A DNA stretch of 64,000 nt from Octopus bimaculoides (GCF_001194135.2 NC_068992.1:60263267-60327266), one strand, 5' to 3'. Counted from the stretch's first letter, positions 1 through 14,690 are shown. Translations and numbers: made by a program. Notes: generated by a model not told the origin, from the letters alone.

Positions 1-656
1 ATATATATATATATATATATATATACGTATGTGTATGTGTGTATGTATATGTGTGCTCCTCATGTATACACAGTTTCATTCTTACATAACTAAAATAATT
101 TTGAGATAGATTGATTTTATAAATTACAATATTACTCCTCTTATAACTTTCTCATACCTCTGTTTATAATTCATCCAATATGAATAATATGATGCATCCA
201 ATAATAATAATAACTGATTCATTTGTATGCAAATCCGTGCATTTATGTATGTACATTTAAGTGTAGGTATATGTATTTATGTATATTTATGTATATGTAA
301 GTATATGTAAAAGTATGTGTATATGTGTGTATTTATATTTATAACTTAACCTTATGTAATTTCTAAAATCTCTGACGAAGCCTAGAGAAACACCCAAGTT
401 ATAATTGTCCTTTTAGTAAATAAATAAATTGGCATAATATAATGTCTATGAGTTGATGAATACCACCTATTGATCCCCTGCATTTTCTTATTGGTCCATG
501 AATTAATGGTAAAATAACTCTTTACAATAGAAACTATACTACTGGAATATATATATTAATATATGTGTGAGTGTGTGCGTGTGTGTGTGTATGTATGTGT
601 GTGTATATGTGTATATATGCATGTATATGTTTATATACATCATACATAGAAACATA

Positions 657-738
<82 letters not shown>

Positions 739-1578
739 NNNNNNNNNNNNNNNNNNNNNNNNNNNNNNNNNNNNNNNNNNNNNNNNNNNNNNNNNNNNNN
801 NNNNNNNNNNNNNNNNNNNNNNNNNNNNNNNNNNNNNNNNNNNNNNNNNNNNNNNNNNNNNNNNNNNNNNNNNNNNNNNNNNNNNNNNNNNNNNNNNNNN
901 NNNNNNNNNNNNNNNNNNNNNNNNNNNNNNNNNNNNNNNNNNNNNNNNNNNNNNNNNNNNNNNNNNNNNNNNNNNNNNNNNNNNNNNNNNNNNNNNNNNN
1001 NNNNNNNNNNNNNNNNNNNNNNNNNNNNNNNNNNNNNNNNNNNNNNNNNNNNNNNNNNNNNNNNNNNNNNNNNNNNNNNNNNNNNNNNNNNNNNNNNNNN
1101 NNNNNNNNNNNNNNNNNNNNNNNNNNNNNNNNNNNNNNNNNNNNNNNNNNNNNNNNNNNNNNNNNNNNNNNNNNNNNNNNNNNNNATATATATATATATA
1201 TATATTTGTATATATACATAGAGAGAGAGAGAGAGAGAGAGAGAAATAGAGAGAGGGAAAGAGAGAATGTGAGAGATTGGGATAGATTTGCATGCGTATA
1301 TATGTGTGCTTGTGTGCGTATGCCTAGCTGGGGGTGCGAACGAGTAGTAATAAACCAATAATTATACTCGCTTGTGTGAATTATTAGGTAAGTTACGTAA
1401 AAAATCCTAATGATGGGTAAATAACAAAATCGCACATAAATATATAGAGGAAATGGCGCGTAATGAAATTATACAAACCAACGTCCATTTATTAATTAAA
1501 GAGTATATGTATATATATATATACATGTATGTGTGTGGGGGGTATGTGTGTATATGTGTTTGTAAGTGTGTGTGTGTG

Positions 1579-1628
<50 letters not shown>

Positions 1629-2017
1629 NNNNNNNNNNNNNNNNNNNNNNNNNNNNNNNNNNNNNNNNNNNNNNNNNNNNNNNNNNNNNNNNNNNNNNNN
1701 NNNNNNNNNNNNNNNNNNNNNNNNNNNNNNNNNNNNNNNNNNNNNNNNNNNNNNNNNNNNNNNNNNNNNNNNNNNNNNNNNNNNNNNNNNNNNNNNNNNN
1801 NNNNNNNNNNNNNNNNNNNNNNNNNNNNNNNNNNNNNNNNNNNNNNNNNNNNNNNNNNNNNNNNNNNNNNNNNNNNNNNNNNNNNNNNNNNNNNNNNNNN
1901 NNNNNNNNNNNNNNNNNNNNNNNNNNNNNNNNNNNNNNNNNNNNNNNNNNNNNNNNNNNNNNNNNNNNNNNNNNNNNNNNNNNNNNNNNNNNNNNNNNNN
2001 NNNNNNNNNNNNNNNNN

Positions 2018-2058
<41 letters not shown>

Positions 2059-2208
2059 CTACACACATATGTAAAGGCACATTTAGTTTGTCACAGCTAG
2101 AACGCCTTGGACCACAAAGGAACATCGTGGTGACAATAAGGACAATGACGACTACGACTACGACGACGCAACGACTAAGATGATGGGGTTTGTGACTATT
2201 GTCGTCGA

Positions 2209-2244
<36 letters not shown>

Positions 2245-2253
2245 TATCATCAC

Positions 2254-2294
<41 letters not shown>

Positions 2295-2998
2295 CCATCA
2301 TCATCATTATCATCACCATCATCAAGATCATTATCGTCATCATCATCTCTTCCTCATCGTCATCATCGCTATCATCATAATCATCGTCATCACCGTAGTC
2401 ATCACCGACGTCGTCATCGATATCATCCTTATGAAGATGAACCAGACGTCGTGCAACATTAAGCGTCATATATGACAACAGTCAAGGTCACAGCTACCCC
2501 TCCACCTTCATTTACCATAAAAAGAGAAAGGAAGATCAACATGTTACTTGATAAGTAAAATTGCTAGTAGAGAAGATCGATTATAATTATTGATCAACAA
2601 AGTAATAATTGAAGACAGCAGCTAGAATAAAATTCTCGAGACAGATATAACTACAAAGATCTAAATTTCTTTTCCAAATGGATCGTCACCGTCTCGCAGA
2701 TTTTTTTTTTTCTTTCGCTTTTACTACTTTTGTTGACTTAGCGTTGATAGACGTGCCATCACATATCTCGATAATTATAGGATTTTGCGCGGCATTCTTC
2801 TATCATTATGTCTTTCAAAGATAATAATTCTAGGGTTGCAACTTCTCGCAGAAATAGTCCGAAGAGAGGAATTCAAATGATAGTGAAGAATCTCATATAT
2901 GACAGGGAAAAAAACAAATTAAAAAAACCTTCTAATTATTTGCGACAAACGCACACATAGACACAGACACACACAGACACAGACACAGACACAGACAC

Positions 2999-3051
<53 letters not shown>

Positions 3052-4388
3052 CAGAGTCGGGTCGAAGCAAAAGTATTTTAAGCTTTATTTTCGCTGCTGA
3101 TTGTTAATAACAGAGAAACGTTTAGAATTGTCTCCCTTGTTTATTCGACGAAATAATTATACTATTTAATCCTATAATATTTTTTTCTGATTACAATATT
3201 TAACTCTACTGTGGTGGTTAATCTTTGGATTTAATCAAACGCAACGGTTTCTAGCGGAAAATTTCAAGCAGCACTTAAAATCAGAGGAATTTGGTGTTAA
3301 TATCCGAAATCTTTTACTAGTTACACATAGCGGAGAGAATTAATCGGAAAATGTCCCATGACTCCAATGATCGTACGGAGAGAAAATATAAACTTTGGGG
3401 GCTTTAGCCATTCACCATAAAGAGTAAATACCAGCTGTGTAGTTTGCAATGCACTGCAACAGAATAAGCCCCACTAAAGGCACTGAAGGACCAGTTGCTT
3501 ATGTAAAACAGAGCCTGAGGCAAGAATTCACGGCACTTGTCCAAGATGAAAGGCGATACATTGAATATGTATTAACTTCTGCACTGATTCAGTTAATACT
3601 TTCGTTTATTATGAAATATTTACGAGTGTTAGAGGACATGGTAGTCAGATGAGCCAACTATGGTTTAGAACCACTTCTGTCTCTATTTAGAACAAGTGCC
3701 AACGAACCCAGAAGGTTGAAACATGATTGAAATCTAGAAGCAGCCAATTCTGGTATGTTTCTTCTCACATTACTTTTGGCTTTGGAACTGCTCATAAATC
3801 TACTAGAGAAAATACTAAAACACAATGAGGGTTTGGAAAATAATATAAAACCAGATTGAAACGAAGCAGCTGATTACGGAAAACATATCACGAGAAATTA
3901 GAAATGAATATTACAGGTATTATCTGAAATGGAAAAAAAAAGCTAAGAAAAGAAAAACAAAATTGGTAAAACAAAGACCACTTACGAACTTACAAAGTGA
4001 AATTAATATTAGAAAGAGATATTTCACATGGATCCGCTACAAAATTAAGTGACAAAACAAAATAAATGGCATTAATGCTCTAGTTGTGCTGGAATCCTAT
4101 AACTTAGTAAATAATTTAGTGAAGTGATAAACGACAGGAAGACTGAACGAAGAAACAAAATGCAAAAGGAAAACCGACTTTTTATAGTGATAATATATAA
4201 AAATAAGCTGTATATATCTAATAATACAGATGGTGTATTGATATCATCTATCTTGTTTTGTTACTTAATTCTGTGTGTGATGTATATTTAATTACTATAG
4301 TAAAAGAATAACATTATACTCATACAATGGCATTTATGTAAATGAGCTGTGTCGATACAGGTTTTGTCCGCAATATAACAATAGCCTC

Positions 4389-4592
4389 AAGGCGGTTAGC
4401 TGAGAGAATCATTATGATGCTGGGGTGAAATGCGTAGCGGCATTTCGTCTGTCCTTACGTTCTGAGTTCAAATTCGACTACGGTTTTCATCCTTTCGAGA
4501 TCGATAAAATAAGTGCCAATCGTGTACTGGTGTCAATGTAATCGACTTGCCCCTCCCACGAAATTGTTGGCCTTGTGACAAAATTTGAAACC
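4389..4592 (+). mobile_element. tRNA-derived SINE family A
   Basis: AAGGCGG head, B box GAGTTCAAATTC and the shared body TTTCATCCTTTCG..GTCGATAAAATAAGT. Many dispersed copies occur in the window. Confidence 0.85.
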
Positions 4593-4754
4593 GGTATGAT
4601 GAATATCCTTTCTTGTCAATCACTTTCAGCTTGTGTGGGAGAATGATGTGCGTGAATTTTGATAAATGACAATGAAAGATTCCTTTCAACACCTGAAGCT
4701 ACCTAAAGAGACCTTGTAGTTCTAATTTTCCAACGAGTACATAGAGTTATTATA

Positions 4755-4970
4755 TATTCTTTTCTACTCTAGGCACAAGGCCCAAAATTTTTGTGGAAGA
4801 GACCAGTCGGTTAGATCGACCCCAGTACACAACTGGTACTTAATTTATCGACCCCTAAAAGATAAAAGGCAAAGTCGACCTCAGGGGAATTTGAACTCAG
4901 AACGTAAAGACACGAAATACTGGTAAGCATTTCACCCGGCGTGCTAACGTTTCTGCCAGCTTGCTGCCTT
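4755..4970 (-). mobile_element. SINE family A, full length
   Basis: Reverse complement of the family A head and body; tail ..CCTAGAGTAGAAAAGAATA. Confidence 0.9.
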
Positions 4971-6376
4971 ATATTCATTGTATATTAAAAATATATATGA
5001 TAACGAGCTTACAGAATTGTTAACACTTTAGGAATAATGCTTCGCGGTATTTCTTCCGGTTGTATACGTTTGAGTCCAGAATTCGCCAATCTGGATCAAA
5101 TAAATAAGTACTAGCCGAGCACTTGTGCCGATGTGGCTGACAACACTGTTCCACTAAAATTTCAGGCCTTATGTCTATTGAAGAACAAAAAAGAAAATAC
5201 AGATTCTGCTGAATGAATTTCAGATTCTGTTAAATCAACATTGTCTGTAATTCAGAAATATCACATAGGTTAGGAGTAATTGAATTGGGTGGATTTTCTC
5301 CAAATAATTTGTTGTTGGTGGTGTTGTTGCTGTTGAATATCCCACTTTTGAGGGAGAAGGCCTATGGAATATAGACCGACAGCCGGAAGAGTGTGACTTA
5401 TATATATATATTCTGCTCGGAATATACCAGAGCGCCATCTAACCAAATACAAAGGACCATAATTCATACACTCAGTGGTTAATAGAATGGTGCAACTATG
5501 CTATGTGGTGTAGTGCGGCACACTGCGGCGCAGTACGGGGCAGTGCAGTGCAACCCCAATACAGACAACAGAGCTGGTACTTTATTTATTAACTCCCAAA
5601 CGATGAAAAGCGAAGACGATTTTTGTGGCATTTGACCATATGGTGCAGAAAGTCACACTTTATACTGCAATCCATCTCTCTATTGACAGATCTATTTCTG
5701 TTGTTTTTGTCGTTCTTGTTATTTATATTATTCATATCGTTATTTTGCTGCGGAGTTTCGGTCAGACCTGATAAACGTAAACCTATAGAAGACAGGTATT
5801 GAACGGCACGACTAAGGTTAACTTGTAGCTCACAGATATATTAATACAAATATCCTATAATTCGCTCGGCTAAAATACTAAAGCTCATAGGCAATGAGTT
5901 GTTTATCTTATGAGACGCAAAGTCGATGTCTAGACATGTTTTACTCTCCCTTACTGTACAGTCTCATGTTCAGATCTCTCGCGTTGTATTCTCTCCTAGT
6001 ATGTTCGCTGAAGGAATTTTGTTAATGTGAGAAACCAAAACTACACTGTGAAACTATAATTGTTACCAAATAAAAGTATTTCAGATGAGGATTGCGCTTA
6101 CACATTCCAATCTAGTCTCTGTGCGCGAACAGCATCAAAAGCTAAATCAATAAAATCTGCACTGGCTGCCACGTTGGTTTCTCTCAATGAAATTAATTAG
6201 AATGATATGTAATGAATTAATTAAAATAAGGTATTAGAAAATTTATGTTAAGTAACGCAGTTTATATGTAAAATCACAGCCATATATACATACTCAATCG
6301 TATACATGGAGGAGAATAATAGATAGAAACATTGTTATAGAGACTGATATATATATATATATATACATATATATAT

Positions 6377-6451
<75 letters not shown>

Positions 6452-6575
6452 CATATATATTTGTATGTATGTATATATATATATGTACACATATGAATAT
6501 ATATGTATACATATGTGTATATACATACATATATATATGTATGTATATTTGTATGTATAGATATATACATATATT

Positions 6576-6646
<71 letters not shown>

Positions 6647-6833
6647 ATCTATATATATATATGTATATATATGAATGTATGAATGTATGTATTTTTGTAT
6701 GTAGGTATCCGTACAGATGTTGATCAATTGGTAGTTCAGAGATACGAAGTGGGAAAAGGAAAGGAAGGAAAAGCTGATGCTGAGATCAATAAAATCCATG
6801 TTAAGGAAGTAACCCATAAACATCTTATTGTAC

Positions 6834-6910
<77 letters not shown>

Positions 6911-7889
6911 TAATAGTAGTAATATCAACAAGAACAACAACAATAATAAGGATAATGAACGCACGCTTACGCAAATATATATATACTTACAGACATATAC
7001 ATATGTGCACACATACTTACATACACACACACACAAACACATACGTGCAAATGTATACGTATATTCAAATGTGCACGTAGACCTAGACACACACTCATAT
7101 GCGGGTATACGCACAAACACACTCACACACACACAGAGTAACACACACACAATTGAACTACGTTGCTCCCTGTTAAGCATTTCTTTTGAAATATTAAAAA
7201 CATTTGCTCGTATGCAGAATGAAATCCTGAAATTCTGGCAATCTATCAATTAGAATTAATTGTAACAACTGCAGTGCTATCTCGTCAAATCAGTTGATTG
7301 AATTAGTTCGGTCACTAACCGAAAACCTAACCAAATATATTGAATTATTGCTTACTTATATGATTCAACACATGCATCATTCATAGGAAACATATTGAAT
7401 TGAATAGGCATGTTTAGCTCTTGTTGAGGCCTTGTTGCATAAAATAGAGAGCGATTAGGCAAACAGAATTCAATAGATAATATTATTAGTGCTATTGGTT
7501 AGTGTCATCGATCTACGAAAGATGAATTGGACGTTATCTGCATGAACTAACGTCAGTGCATAAGTACTGATATTGGATAAACACTGAATAAACTTAATTA
7601 ATTCTATGACCGTCTTTAGTGGATTGGTAGAATACTTCGACCGTTGGACAAAATGTCGAACAACTCTTGGCTGTCTAAGTTCAAATTACATGAAACATTT
7701 CTCATTCAGCTTTGCCTTTTGTTTATTCTTCAAGATCGATAAAATAGATCACATGTCAGGAACTGCAGGCAATTTAGCCCTATTTTTAACGATATTTCTG
7801 TTGAAACGCATTGCATTTGTTTTTTAAAAAAAACTGTTTAAAAAAGAAAGAATTTGGTAAAAATAACTTTATCGTTACTAATCTGGGTA

Positions 7890-8280
7890 ATACAGCGAGC
7901 TGGCAGAATCGTTAGGACGCCGGGCAAAATGCTTAGCGGTATTTAGTCCGTCTTTACATTCAGAGTTCAAATTCCGTCGAGGTCGACTTTACCTTTCATC
8001 CTTTGTGGGTGGATGAATTAAGCGCTTGTTGATCACTGGCAGCCTTGGTAGCCCTGTGCTAAGATTTGAAACCATTATCAAGGTGGTTAATGCAGCAAGT
8101 TTTCAAAATCGTTAACGCGTCGGAAAAAATACTTATCAGCACATCTTACAGCTCTTTACGTACTAACCTCAAGTCTCGCCGAAGGCAACTGTATTTCTCC
8201 TTCCTTTTGAGGTCGATAAAATAAAGTACCTAATTCCCTCCCCTCAAAATTGTTGGCTTTGTGCCAGGATTAGAAAAAAA
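7890..8280 (+). mobile_element. Two tandem SINE family A copies (about 7890-8073 and 8088-8280)
   Basis: GAGCTGGCAGAATCGTTAG..GAGTTCAAATTCC in the first copy; the second copy is more diverged. Confidence 0.8.
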
Positions 8281-9385
8281 TATTAAGCTGATTACCATAT
8301 TTTGTAACAGTATTCCTGTTAAAATACATTACGTCTACGCAATCTATTCACAATGTACGCATTACAAAATATCAGTTGAATGATTCTGTAGTCACTTCAT
8401 CTGGTGATTATAGAGAAGGTTCTACATTCTGTGAGCTGCTCTATCGATATTTTTGCTGATTGTTGTTTTTTAACTCCTAACTTATCCCTAAACTCACATG
8501 TATTTCTTCAAAAGCCTTCCAACCCTCACAATTACCTTTTTCTTCGTCACACCTATAATACATCGGTAACAAATACCCCTCAGGTTATCCTTCCAGTTTT
8601 AAAGACGTTAAGATGTGATTTGAACGAAATTTTAGTTGATTTCTATATCTAATTCATGTAGCAACACTTGCTTACAAGAAAACATATTTTCTTCGAACAT
8701 GACCCGGCTCTTTCTTTGTCTCATGTCCAACAACGAAGCTAAATCTTTGCTAAAAAAAATTCTATTGAATCATATTCCAGATCATCGATAACGCATTCTG
8801 TGCCACATTTAACCTCATTTTTTTTTTGGTTTATCTATCTCGATATATGTATATTTTTTTCTACGTTTCTCTTCAATTGTCTTTCTATCATTCATTCATA
8901 TTTTCTTTTTCATTCATTTTTGTTGTCGTCATTGATTTCTATTTGTCTTACAATTTTCGTGATGTTTTTAATATATAAATATTCGTTAGAATCAATGAGG
9001 AATCACACAAAAAATCGAAACAATAACAAAAAATAAATAAATAAATTGAATTAAAAAAAAAACGAGGAAAAAAAGACATGTATCTTCCAATGAAGAGGAG
9101 AATTATCAACAGCCACCAGCGACGTTTGCTTGCAAAAGTAATTATCGCTTAAATATATCGCGGAATATTTTGACTTCACTTTTTGTTAAGTTTTGGTGCA
9201 ATGTACTATTTATTGTATCGTGTATATGTATGTATGTATNNNNNNNNNNNNNNNNNNNNNNNNNNNNNNNNNNNNNNNNNNNNNNNNNNNNNNNNNNNNN
9301 NNNNNNNNNNNNNNNNNNNNNNNNNNNNNNNNNNNNNNNNNNNNNNNNNNNNNNNNNNNNNNNNNNNNNNNNNNNNNNNNNNNNN

Positions 9386-9422
<37 letters not shown>

Positions 9423-11753
9423 TTATATATATAATTTTTTAATCAATTCACAGTTCACCTCATTCTTTTTCCATTCTCCTATATCTGACCTATATAAAAC
9501 CAAGAACATTTCAACATTTACTCTATGCTCCTCCCCCCAACCCATCACCACCAAACAAAAAAGAAAACTTTGCCTACATTTGGACGTGGCATCATTAGTA
9601 GTGTGTAAGAAGAAGAAGAAACACAACAAGAAAGATTTTATTTGAAACCTATATTTATAGAGGATCATTATAATTTAAAATTAAAAAATAATCAAGCAAG
9701 AATACCGTATTGAGGCATTGATTAATATTTAGTGTAAATCTTTTATTCGTGTGTTCAAGGCATAAGAAAGAATCTGCAAAACAAACAACAAAAGTGACGC
9801 CATGTTGGAAAGTCAAAAATATATATCCCAATTAGGTTTAGAACAGCAAAAAAATCACGATGAAAAGTAAAGACATAACTAAATAATGAAAATGCGAATT
9901 TTCAAAGCAGTTTATCTGCTGTATTTAATAGTATTTTTTTAACAGCTTATTGGATAATATTTTAGCTTTATATCAAATAATATTCCTCATGCTTCGCTTT
10001 GGGCCTTCGTCTTCTGATGGGATCGTAGCGGCATTGTTGTAATGTACGGTGCATCTTGCTAGTGTTTTTGAGACCAAATGGGCACATTTCCTCCTATAAA
10101 CCAGACCATACCGTACCCAATTTTTTCCAGAGAGATAGAGATAGAGAGAAAGAGAGAAAAAGACACAGAAAGATAAAGGCAAATGTACATGTGTGTTTAN
10201 NNNNNNNNNNNNNNNNNNNNNNNNNNNNNNNNNNNNNNNNNNNNNNNNNNNNNNNNNNNNNNNNNNNNNNNNNNNNNNNNNNNNNNNNNNNNNNNNNNNN
10301 NNNNNNNNNNNNNNNNNNNNNNNNNNNNNNNNNNNNNNNNNNNNNNNNNNNNNNNNNNNNNNNNNNNNNNNNNNNNNNNNNNNNNNNNNNNNNNNNNNNN
10401 NNNNNNNNNNNNNNNNNNNNNNNNNNNNNNNNNNNNNNNNNNNNNNNNNNNNNNNNNNNNNNNNNNNNNNNNNNNNNNNNNNNNNNNNNNNNNNNNNNNN
10501 NNNNNNNNNNNNNNNNNNNNNNNNNNNNNNNNNNNNNNNNNNNNNNNNNNNNNNNNNNNNNNNNNNNNNNNNNNNNNNNNNNNNNNNNNNNNNNNNNNNN
10601 NNNNNNNNNNNNNNNNNNNNNNNNNNNNNNNNNNNNNNNNNNNNNNNNNNNNNNNNNNNNNNNNNNNNNNNNNNNNNNNNNNNNNNNNNNNNNNNNNNNN
10701 NNNNNNNNNNNNNNNNNNNNNNNNNNNNNNNNNNNNNNNNNNNNNNNNNNNATATATATATATATATATATATCATATGTATGTATGTGTGTGTATGTAT
10801 GTATGAATGTATGTATGTATGTATGTATGTGTATAAATTAAAAAAAAAACAACCCTAGTTGGTGGTAATCAACTCAACTCCAATACAGGACTGGCACCAA
10901 ATGTGTCGACCTCGAAAAGCCGAAATGGTTGATCTCGGCTAAATTTAAACTCGGGAGTGCAGAAAGTCGGAACGACTACGGCAAGGCAATTTGTCCGATG
11001 CTTCAACGACTCAGTTAACTGAACGCCTAACATTTGCTATATAAGCACCTCGAAAAAGTAAAATGGATTAATGGCTAGGAATAAACAGTGGCGGCAAAGA
11101 TGTCCATACTAGAAGAGAATTATAATAAATGTATTGTCACATTGAGGTTTGTCATTTTTCGTTCCAGGTTCGAATCTAACAGAGCTCGCTTTGTATCTGT
11201 ATTTCATTCATTTAATAAAATATATATACTCGCTTGTCTTCTAAGAATTAAACAGCACGATCTCTTTCGAAACACACCACACCGTCTTAAACTAAGGAAG
11301 AAAATTACAATAGACAAGGTAGTGACCAAAGTCACCTACTACAGAACAAGATGGTCACGTTTGGAAATGCATTTGATAGGAGACTTGTTTGATCAAAGCA
11401 GAGCAGATGCTAAATATCAGTAACATCATATCCCAGACCTAAGAAAGGAAGGGGACACTGATATTATTGTTGTATTTTGGTGGGGTCATACAACCAATAA
11501 AAGGATACACACAGATTATGTTTCACTGCTGCAAAAGAAAGCATATCCACTAACAGCTTCTCGGTGTGTTCAAAAATCACATAACCCCAACAGGTTAGGG
11601 CCTGAAATACTCCAAACAGACGCATAGCATGTTGCTTGGTCGAATTAGACCAGCATTTACTCCACAAATGTTTTGTTGTCAATGTTGCAATTTCCCATAT
11701 CACCTGTTTCAATATAACTGTAATATATTATATACAACTTATGCCATTTTAAT

Positions 11754-11780
11754 CCCGAGCAACGCCGGGTGTCTCTGCTA

Positions 11781-11781
<1 letters not shown>
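11754..11781 (+). mobile_element. Helitron 3' terminus
   Basis: Hairpin CCCGAGCAACGCCGGG, then CTAG followed by T. The 5' extent is not determined. Confidence 0.7.
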
Positions 11782-11814
<33 letters not shown>

Positions 11815-11996
11815 GCATTACTTAAATAAATGGAGTAGCATGAAACGTGCGTACTGCAATCATCTTTGAAATCCGTGTTGCTTATTTTGTTTTTTTGATC
11901 ACCTAGTTTTTGGGAATGGTTTTTGTATAATACCATACTATATTCTGGTGCCTAAACATAAGTACCATATTCAATTTTGAATCTAAATCTAAACCT

Positions 11997-12060
<64 letters not shown>

Positions 12061-12142
12061 TATGCATGGATGTATATGCATACATACAAATTTATATTGT
12101 ATATATTTATAATACATATGTACGTATTTCCTTGACCTTCGA

Positions 12143-12171
12143 CCCTAACCCTAACCCTAACCCCAACCCAA
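12143..12171 (+). repeat. Short interstitial telomere-type repeat (CCCTAA)3 plus two variant units
   Basis: CCCTAACCCTAACCCTAACCCCAACCCAA. Confidence 0.8.
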
Positions 12172-14154
12172 CACCTCCACACTTGTTCGTCTGGCCGAAC
12201 TTGTTCTCTCACTTAATTGCTTCTCGTTCACGGGTGATTTCTACCAGCATTCTCGGGAGTGGCCATGGGAACGAGAATGACCCCAACTATGCGAACCTGT
12301 TCGCTGGCTACATGTTCACACATACACATACGCACATGTCAAGATCACCAACCCTCTTTCACACGCACATGCAAACTCTCTCACAGACACGCACGCGCAC
12401 CTTTGTTTTGGGATCACAACAACTTTATTACCTCCCCTTCTACCTCGCTCTCCTGTGTGGCCCTCCTGTCCGGCATTTTCTCTCCATGTATCTTTCCTAG
12501 TTTCNNNNNNNNNNNNNNNNNNNNNNNNNNNNNNNNNNNNNNNNNNNNNNNNNNNNNNNNNNNNNNNNNNNNNNNNNNNNNNNNNNNNNNNNNNNNNNNN
12601 NNNNNNNNNNNNNNNNNNNNNNNNNNNNNNNNNNNNNNNNNNNNNNNNNNNNNNNNNNNNNNNNNNNNNNNNNNNNNNNNNNNNNNNNNNNNNNNNNNNN
12701 NNNNNNNNNNNNNNNNNNNNNNNNNNNNNNNNNNNNNNNNNNNNNNNNNNNNNNNNNNNNNNNNNNNNNNNNNNNNNNNNNNNNNNNNNNNNNNNNNNNN
12801 NNNNNNNNNNNNNNNNNNNNNNNNNNNNNNNNNNNNNNNNNNNNNNNNNNNNNNNNNNNNNNNNNNNNNNNNNNNNNNNNNNNNNNNNNNNNNNNNNNNN
12901 NNNNNNNNNNNNNNNNNNNNNNNNNNNNNNNNNNNNNNNNNNNNNNNNNNNNNNNNNNNNNNNNNNNNNNNNNNNNNNNNNNNNNNNNNNNNNNNNNNNN
13001 NNNNNNNNNNNNNNNNNNNNNNNNNNNNNNNNNNNNNNNNNNNNNNNNNNNNNNNNNNNNNNNNNNNNNNNNNNNNNTATATATATATATACATATACAT
13101 ACAGATATATGTATGTATAGACAAATTGAGTGAATATATCAAAATATATGAAAGTAGTGACATCGCTAAATCTCTTGGAAATATTGATGCGTGATTACTC
13201 TTCTCCTTTATTGAATAACATTTATAGAATTCTCGTTTCTTGATCGAATGTCTTTCACTTGTATTATTGGCATGTGGCAAATAGCTATTGAATTGTGAAC
13301 AATTGCTAACATGTTGTTGAAGTAATTAGATCTATGCGTCGAATTACTGTAATGCTTTTCTCGCCAAGAAAAGGACATACACAGCACGTAATGGATTACC
13401 ACGTGTTAGATACTCGCGAACATTACATCGATATCCTTTTTAAAGAAGCAGAAGTGAAGCGAAATCTTAATCTGTCATAGTTAGCTTTTGCTAATAGATC
13501 GATTTTGATCACGGAGTTTTGCATCATGGATTTCATCTCGTTTCAAAGTAATAAGTAAATGGAAAAGTTTAAAGTCTTTCGGTGAATGCGTAACCTTTGC
13601 TCTGTTCCGTATTAAACCTACTTGTTACATTGTGACTTTCTCTACATCTCTATATCTGATTCCGTATCCATCTATATCTCATTTGAGAGATCATCTTGTC
13701 TCATTTCACCTCCTGTCTAGTTGACGATTGAAATTATTCATAACATTATACGATGACTATATCTACATAATTGCTTTAGGTCTGCGTTGTTGATGGGTAT
13801 AAGTAATAAGAACAATAATAATCACTGCAAAGTGTATTTGGATGTCAGCTTGTCAAATAATAATTTATATTTGCGCCTTGTTCTATCAATATTTCTAAGT
13901 AGATGTATATATGTCACACAAAGCTGATTGGCTTCTGTTGATAAATTCTATAAAACACTAAGTATAAATATGGAAATTCAGTCCTCTCGTGATATTGCAA
14001 GTCATTTCTAATAACAAGTGTAGAATACAAAGCCAATAAAACTATCTGTACAGGTTTTTAGATTCCAAATCAACACATTAATCCAACAGAATTCAATTTT
14101 GTCCACATATTTATATGAACGTAAACATATGCACACATAGATACATAAATACAC

Positions 14155-14155
14155 G

Positions 14156-14232
<77 letters not shown>

Positions 14233-14238
14233 TTATCC

Positions 14239-14302
<64 letters not shown>
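14155..14302. repeat. (ATCT)n tetranucleotide array
   Basis: Read directly. Similar arrays occur near 17537, 43690 and 49635. Confidence 0.97.
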
Positions 14303-14303
<1 letters not shown>

Positions 14304-14304
14304 C

Positions 14305-14690
14305 ATCATTTGTGTAATGTGGAAAATATTGCATCAATATTGCACAACTGATGTTGGCATCTATTTTGAAATCCACCCAAAACTTGGCCCCCGTGCTATC
14401 CGCCCACAACAAAAATCGAACTCAAGACATGACAACAGTATGACACAACTACTTTACCTTAACCGGTCTACCTTTCTTTAATATTATACCAAAATACACC
14501 AAACCGGAAACAGATCCCATAAAAATCAAAAGTTATCTGGTCAGATTTCTCCAAAGAATCCCGGACCAACCTTCTACACCCGGATATGTCTCCAACATTA
14601 ATAACTTTTTGCTAGAGTGGGCCATAGCGTCCAATGCATGACTGAGACTGGAAGCACGACCTAAAAGATTTCACCAGTTCGTGCTATTAA
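14305..14690 (+). mobile_element. Degenerate RLE-type non-LTR retrotransposon C-terminal fragment
   Basis: Broken frames give [15 protein letters not shown] (knuckle-like), SRHDNSMTQLLY (RHD motif), KVIWSDF...LHPDM and FLLEWAI. Confidence 0.4.

Noticed and set aside
3420-3760. Possible exon or LINE fragment (67-aa ORF at 3449)
   Set aside because: No recognisable motif in any frame and no convincing splice pair.
9985-10020. Hammerhead-like motif on the minus strand (CAGAAGACGAAGGCCCAAAGCGAAGC)
   Set aside because: Core and GAAA are both mutated and there is no consistent stem II.
12143-12171. True telomere or chromosome fusion site
   Set aside because: Only three perfect units in one orientation; such short tracts are common inside invertebrate repeats.
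12175-12310. HDV-like ribozyme
   Set aside because: An L3-like TTCTCGT is present, but P3 pairs only 2 of 3, P1 lacks the starting G, and P1.1 and J4/2 cannot be placed.
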